DNA of 63,971 nt, filler included, from Circinaria calcarea (taxonomy: Eukaryota): assembly GCA_051942165.1 (NCBI GenBank). It is 4 parts of 4 records of this genome, joined end to end, with 100 filler letters (N's around TTAATTAATTAA, not from the genome) between each part and the next. Parts side by side here need not be neighbours in the genome. Positions count along the whole stretch, not along the records: positions 49,961 to 63,971 come from JAVECS010000461.1; 3 more parts are not named here. One strand, 5' to 3'. Below the pieces are notes generated by a model. That model worked only from the letters and a program-made list of their open reading frames with translations, had not been told where the DNA came from and did no database searches. Both the position numbers and the translations under genes were made by a program. Shown in pieces: positions 59,572 to 63,971 of this stretch (positions within the stretch are counted from its first letter, which is position 1; every line of letters begins with the position of its first letter).

Positions 59572-61871
59572 ATGTCCGAAGTCATCAACCAGCACGAGAT
59601 GATGCCTTTTTTGCCAAACGGTAACAAACTTTACCATCGAGATTTCCTCGGGAGGGAGACTACCGAGCTAAACAGAGGCCGCTTTATTAGAGACGGCTTT
59701 GTTAGACCCGAAGATGGACGACTGATCAGACTTGTTGTTCAGTGTTCCCCTCATGTTTTGAACTCCTCTAAATCTAGGCCTGATTGGGGAAGGACGATGG
59801 TTAAATCTGGGGCTCCTTTGCTCATCCGTCTGGCATGCTGGGCCTACAATACAAAGCCTGAACGAGCAGACGCTCGGTGGATTCCTGCGTGCTTGGCTAT
59901 TGCTGCTATTGTGGGTCGATTTACCTTAATTTTCATCTCGTACTGATATCTGTTCCTTAGTTGTTCTGGCCTATGGAGGTCGGTGCAAAATATCACAATC
60001 ATGGCCTCTACGAACCGTTCCATTACAGAGATTGGAAATATCCATACGATGCCAGAAACAAGTCTGAGAATATACAGCCCGACAATACGCATGCGGTGCA
60101 GATGAAGAGCATCCGGAGCAAGACAAAACCTCCCAGATCTGCAAAAATCGAAAAACTCCGTGAGCCTAGATTTCTGTGTTTTCTTGATGATAATAAGAGG
60201 GGTGGGATGAATATTATGAAAACTTCTGAAGGGAAAATATTATATGGTCTAAATTCGAAAACAGATTTTGTTCTTGTGTCATACACTGGTGTACAATTTC
60301 CGCAAGAGTCGGACCTGGAATACTTGCATGAGGTAGGCAAGCATGCAGCTCGAAAAGCTGGTACGAAAGCATATTGGATTTCGTGTAGCTGCGTGGAAGA
60401 CACAAAGGATGCGAATGATCCTGAGCTTGAACATGATATCTGGACAATCTGCGACGTTGTTCGCAGTGCTAATTCTGTTGTTGTGGCGGTGAATGGGAAT
60501 TCAAATGAATCAACGGACAAACTTCTCGAAAGGTGGAGTAAGAGAGTCTGGATACTTCCGGAGTGGCTTCTGGGTCCAGGACACAGCAAAATTAGTGTTT
60601 ACCGGGGCAAGTCTATTGAAGTTGTTCGGCAGTTGGACCGACGGGACTTTCCGATCTTTGGAGACGATAAAGGAAACGATAGGGACCTATTAGAACAGTT
60701 GGTCGACCACCATGAGGGATCAGTACATCTTACAGCTCTGGAATACGTCTCCATCGCCTTAGGATGCCTTCAAAGTCGCGATACAACAGAGCATCTGAAA
60801 GGTGACAAGTCCTACGTGCTTATGGGTCTCCTTCGGCAGAGACCAGAAGTGGTAGGTACGGATTCGGCTTTCCAAGCCTTTGCGCGTTTATCTCTAGCCA
60901 ACGATAGCGATCTCTTACTGGAGCGATTAATATGCATGCTTCCGTACACGGATGATCATTGGCACTCAATGGCTGATCAATGGGGTGTATCGCTTTGGGA
61001 TATCAATCCGAAATGTCAGGTTTGCGGCATTGGCGAAGGGGATGCCGTTATCCTCGACGGTGTTCACGCTGCGCCTATTGCCTGGTCTTTTGCTCCAGTC
61101 AACATTCGTCGTCGCGAAACCACAATTCGTAAAATCCTGAGGTACCTATTCCGGCTCACACCTATTTTAATTCTCTTTGGCATAGCTCTCTTGGCAACTG
61201 GCGTCTCAATCCAGCACTCACAAGGAGGACCAAACAATATCTCAAATGGGATGTACGGAGGCGCAGGTGCTTCACTAGGTATAGCTTTGATTGTGATCAC
61301 CCTTTCGCCATTTTTAATTTTAACATTCTATCATGGCAAGGTATGGGAGGCGCAGCCATGGCTCTTCGGGATCGAAGGCTACATGGAGATCAAGACGCTC
61401 GAGGAACACATATTTGGTGACTGTCAAGGAAGGCTGCGCTGGAGCGTTGCCTCTAGTGTCTTTTCCCGACACGAAGAAGAGCAGAACCATCCACGCTTCT
61501 GCACTGGTGTGGATCCTATGAGAGACCAGGAGACAAAAAATTATATCGATAACGCGGCGAAGAGCGGCAACGGCGAAGCGAAGATTTTTACACTGGTGGA
61601 CACAGTGTCCATGACGGTGACGCTATTCGCTGCTGCAAAGCCTCCAATCGCAGCACTGGTGTGCGGAGAAGAGGGCGGAATGCAACGGGCAGTGCTCTGC
61701 TCCTATGAATGGAGAACGAACACTCTATACCGCGAAACAGTTTTGAGAATGACAACACCTGTGTACGACAAAATGCCACTCACTAATAGAGTAAAGCTTG
61801 CTCTCTACAAAGAAACGAGGCCTCAGAAAGAACAAGCTGTTGAAACAGAGCTACGACAGCATACAACCTGA
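59572..61871 (+). CDS. Divergent HET-domain-like membrane protein, ~749 aa; exons 59572-59910, 59961-61871
   Basis: The motifs VSYTG, YWISCSCV, ICDVVRSANSVVV and WSKRVWILPEWLL parallel the HET-domain blocks. Two TM helices follow. The intron GTGGGT...CTGAT...CTTAG is in frame. Confidence 0.7.
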
Positions 61872-62531
61872 TTACCTGAGTATTATTTGTCCGGACCATT
61901 GTTGGAAGTCCTCCTATAGACCGGATTAGATTTAGCAGCGTGCTGCTTCCAGAGCACAGCTCAGGGGGTGGCAATAACTCACTTAACTGGCGTCTTGGCG
62001 TATCATGGAAACCTATCACTATCACACTTCTTCTTCTGTAATAATTAGTTCTCGAATACACTGCGTATAGCCACCATATTGCTCGTATCTCACATTACCA
62101 TATACTTTAGCCTTAAGTATATCTTAAGTATAGTACTCTACGGCCTCACGAGATCAAAAGGGTATTGCAATAAATAATTGGTTTATATATCAGTATTACT
62201 TGTATTTACGGATTCTACTATTGACCACAGCTAGCGTCACGTAGTGTAGGCGTGTTCCTAAGTGGATAGTATATGTATTCAGCGTAAGATGGATGGGATG
62301 CAGCCATTCTGGCTGCAAAGTGTTTAATGCACGACCTGTAGGGCTGCACCGGGCCTACGTTGCGCCCGTCAGAGGTGGCCTGGGGCTAACCCGTGATAGC
62401 TAGTCCGTTGTAGTCAAAGATCATTTGAAGAAATTTTTTCTCAAATACATAAGCTACTTAATAATTATGACTGTTGTTATCCACTTCCCTCATTGAACAT
62501 CTCTTGAAAAGGTTATTTGTCGAGATTTGGT

Positions 62532-63971
62532 TTAGCCCGGTCTTGTCCTCGACCAATGCCATACCCATCCCAAGTAAACAGTTATAACCAATGCTGTAAG
62601 GGGTATCGTGACGGCCCAGAACAGTCCATAGTTGGAAGCAGTCTTGAGGGACCGCGAGAACTCGTCAAAGATAAAGAACTGGGTTCCAAAAATGCTCTTC
62701 CGGTAAGTCAGACAATTTCGCAGTATATAGTTTCTACCTATCAAGTAGGCGATTCAACTTACACCAAGCGTGGCAGCCGGTAGAAAAATCATTGTCATGA
62801 ATGCAATGGCTTTCATTGATTGAGTATCGGCCTTCATGGTGCGACTATCTCGTTGGTTGACTGTATTAAAGGCCTAAATTTTCCTATCAGTATTTACCCC
62901 CCAAAAAGGATCTCGGTACGCATTACCAAATTGACCATACGCTGCACGCGTTTCTCCAAGCACTGGCTTCTGATGACGCATCCCTCTATAAGGGTCCGTT
63001 TGTGCTCAAGGAGCCCCTGTACACCTTGAGCAATCGTATGGGCCTGCTGTAGGCTGGAATGCTCCATCAGCTCACGATGGGCTTCGCAGATACGATTCGC
63101 AGTCGAGAAAGCTGCACTTGAGCTTTCTTCGAGGTAGATGATGTGCTTCGCCACGTTATGAATGCCAATGAAGTCGAAATTAGTCTCAGCGGCTTTGGGA
63201 GACGCGGATTGGAGTATGGCCTTATGTGTCAGCTGCGTTCTTGGCCGTCGTCAAGAGTACAGACCCTTTCGATTGGCCCCAAGACTTGCAAGACTCGGCT
63301 TACGTTCTCGTCAACCTGATCAAACATGTTATCAAGCACAACCACCAGCAAATTAAAAGGATCAAGTATAGCTTGCTCCCAGTTTGATCGAGGTAAAAGA
63401 TGCTCAAAACTCTTCCGTAGAGAGGACGGTGCACTGAATATTGTAATGACTACTGAGCCATCGTTGGGATCAGTGGTAGTAGGAGTTCGCCATTGCAAGA
63501 AGTATCCGCTTCTCAGCCACGTCCAATCGCCTTGGCTGAGAGTGGCCTTGTCAGGACGGGGATCTCGAATGCGCCAGCCAGCTCCTTGCTGTTGGTCGAG
63601 TTCAATGTTCTTACATAGAAAATGGAACCAACACACTATGGCCGTGGTCAGAAGATAGCTCTTGAATGATCTCCGCTAAGAAGTACCGTATGTGTTGGAG
63701 CTATTCCAATGCCGTCCGAATGAATGCGTGACTGAGCGCAAGCGCTCGTTGATGAATTCGGACGGAATCCCCAGATGGTGAAAAAGCTGCATCAAGCCCG
63801 TCTCAACCTCTGGATCGGGATAGTCCAAAGGAGCAAAGCTCCAAGCAGCACTTAGTATATACTGGTTAAAACTACTTGGGTAGGCTTTTGTACTTACATG
63901 ATCTGGAGTTTGGCTCTTTGACTTCGCAGTAAGTCCGGAACGTTTGTCGAGATCGGCTGCCTTGCTGGAGC
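62532..63971 (-). CDS. Fungal CorA-like transmembrane-domain protein, multi-exon, 5' end outside the window
   Basis: DPFNLLVVVL, IHNVAKHIIYLEE, LEKRVQRMVNL, MKAIAFMTMIFLPAATL and SIFGTQFF...LFWAVTIPLT. Confidence 0.75.

Overview
Fungal (filamentous ascomycete, Pezizomycotina; possibly a lichen-forming fungus, which is inference) genomic DNA with short GT-AG introns. The window is not one locus. It is four contigs joined by artificial 100-nt linkers (N44-TTAATTAATTAA-N44), and their lengths (>=16555, 16553, 16552 bp) suggest a size-sorted concatenation. Housekeeping genes: an Est1/SMG-type protein, a ZNF511-like zinc finger, NUP159, tRNA-Pro(AGG) and proteasome subunit PUP1. Accessory genes: F-box, dsRNA-binding domain protein, gluconolactonase, DUF1223, thaumatin-like, HET-like and CorA-like proteins, plus several pseudogenes. 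The most interesting region is a compact three-gene module at 7315-15734. It has a HeLo-like/ankyrin/TM gene head-to-head with a spliced 72-aa Tudor/SH3-fold microprotein (absent from the ORF track as a unit) and a 1637-aa non-RD kinase-ankyrin-TM gene, and the two large proteins share an unnamed pre-ankyrin domain. Other highlights: a secreted, cationic, 8-Cys stand-alone SH3-like cell-wall-binding protein; an 81-aa G-x-YDPN repeat microprotein opposite a HET-like gene; and a ~160-bp dispersed repeat in three copies. All gene models and family calls come from manual reading and motif recall, not from database searches.
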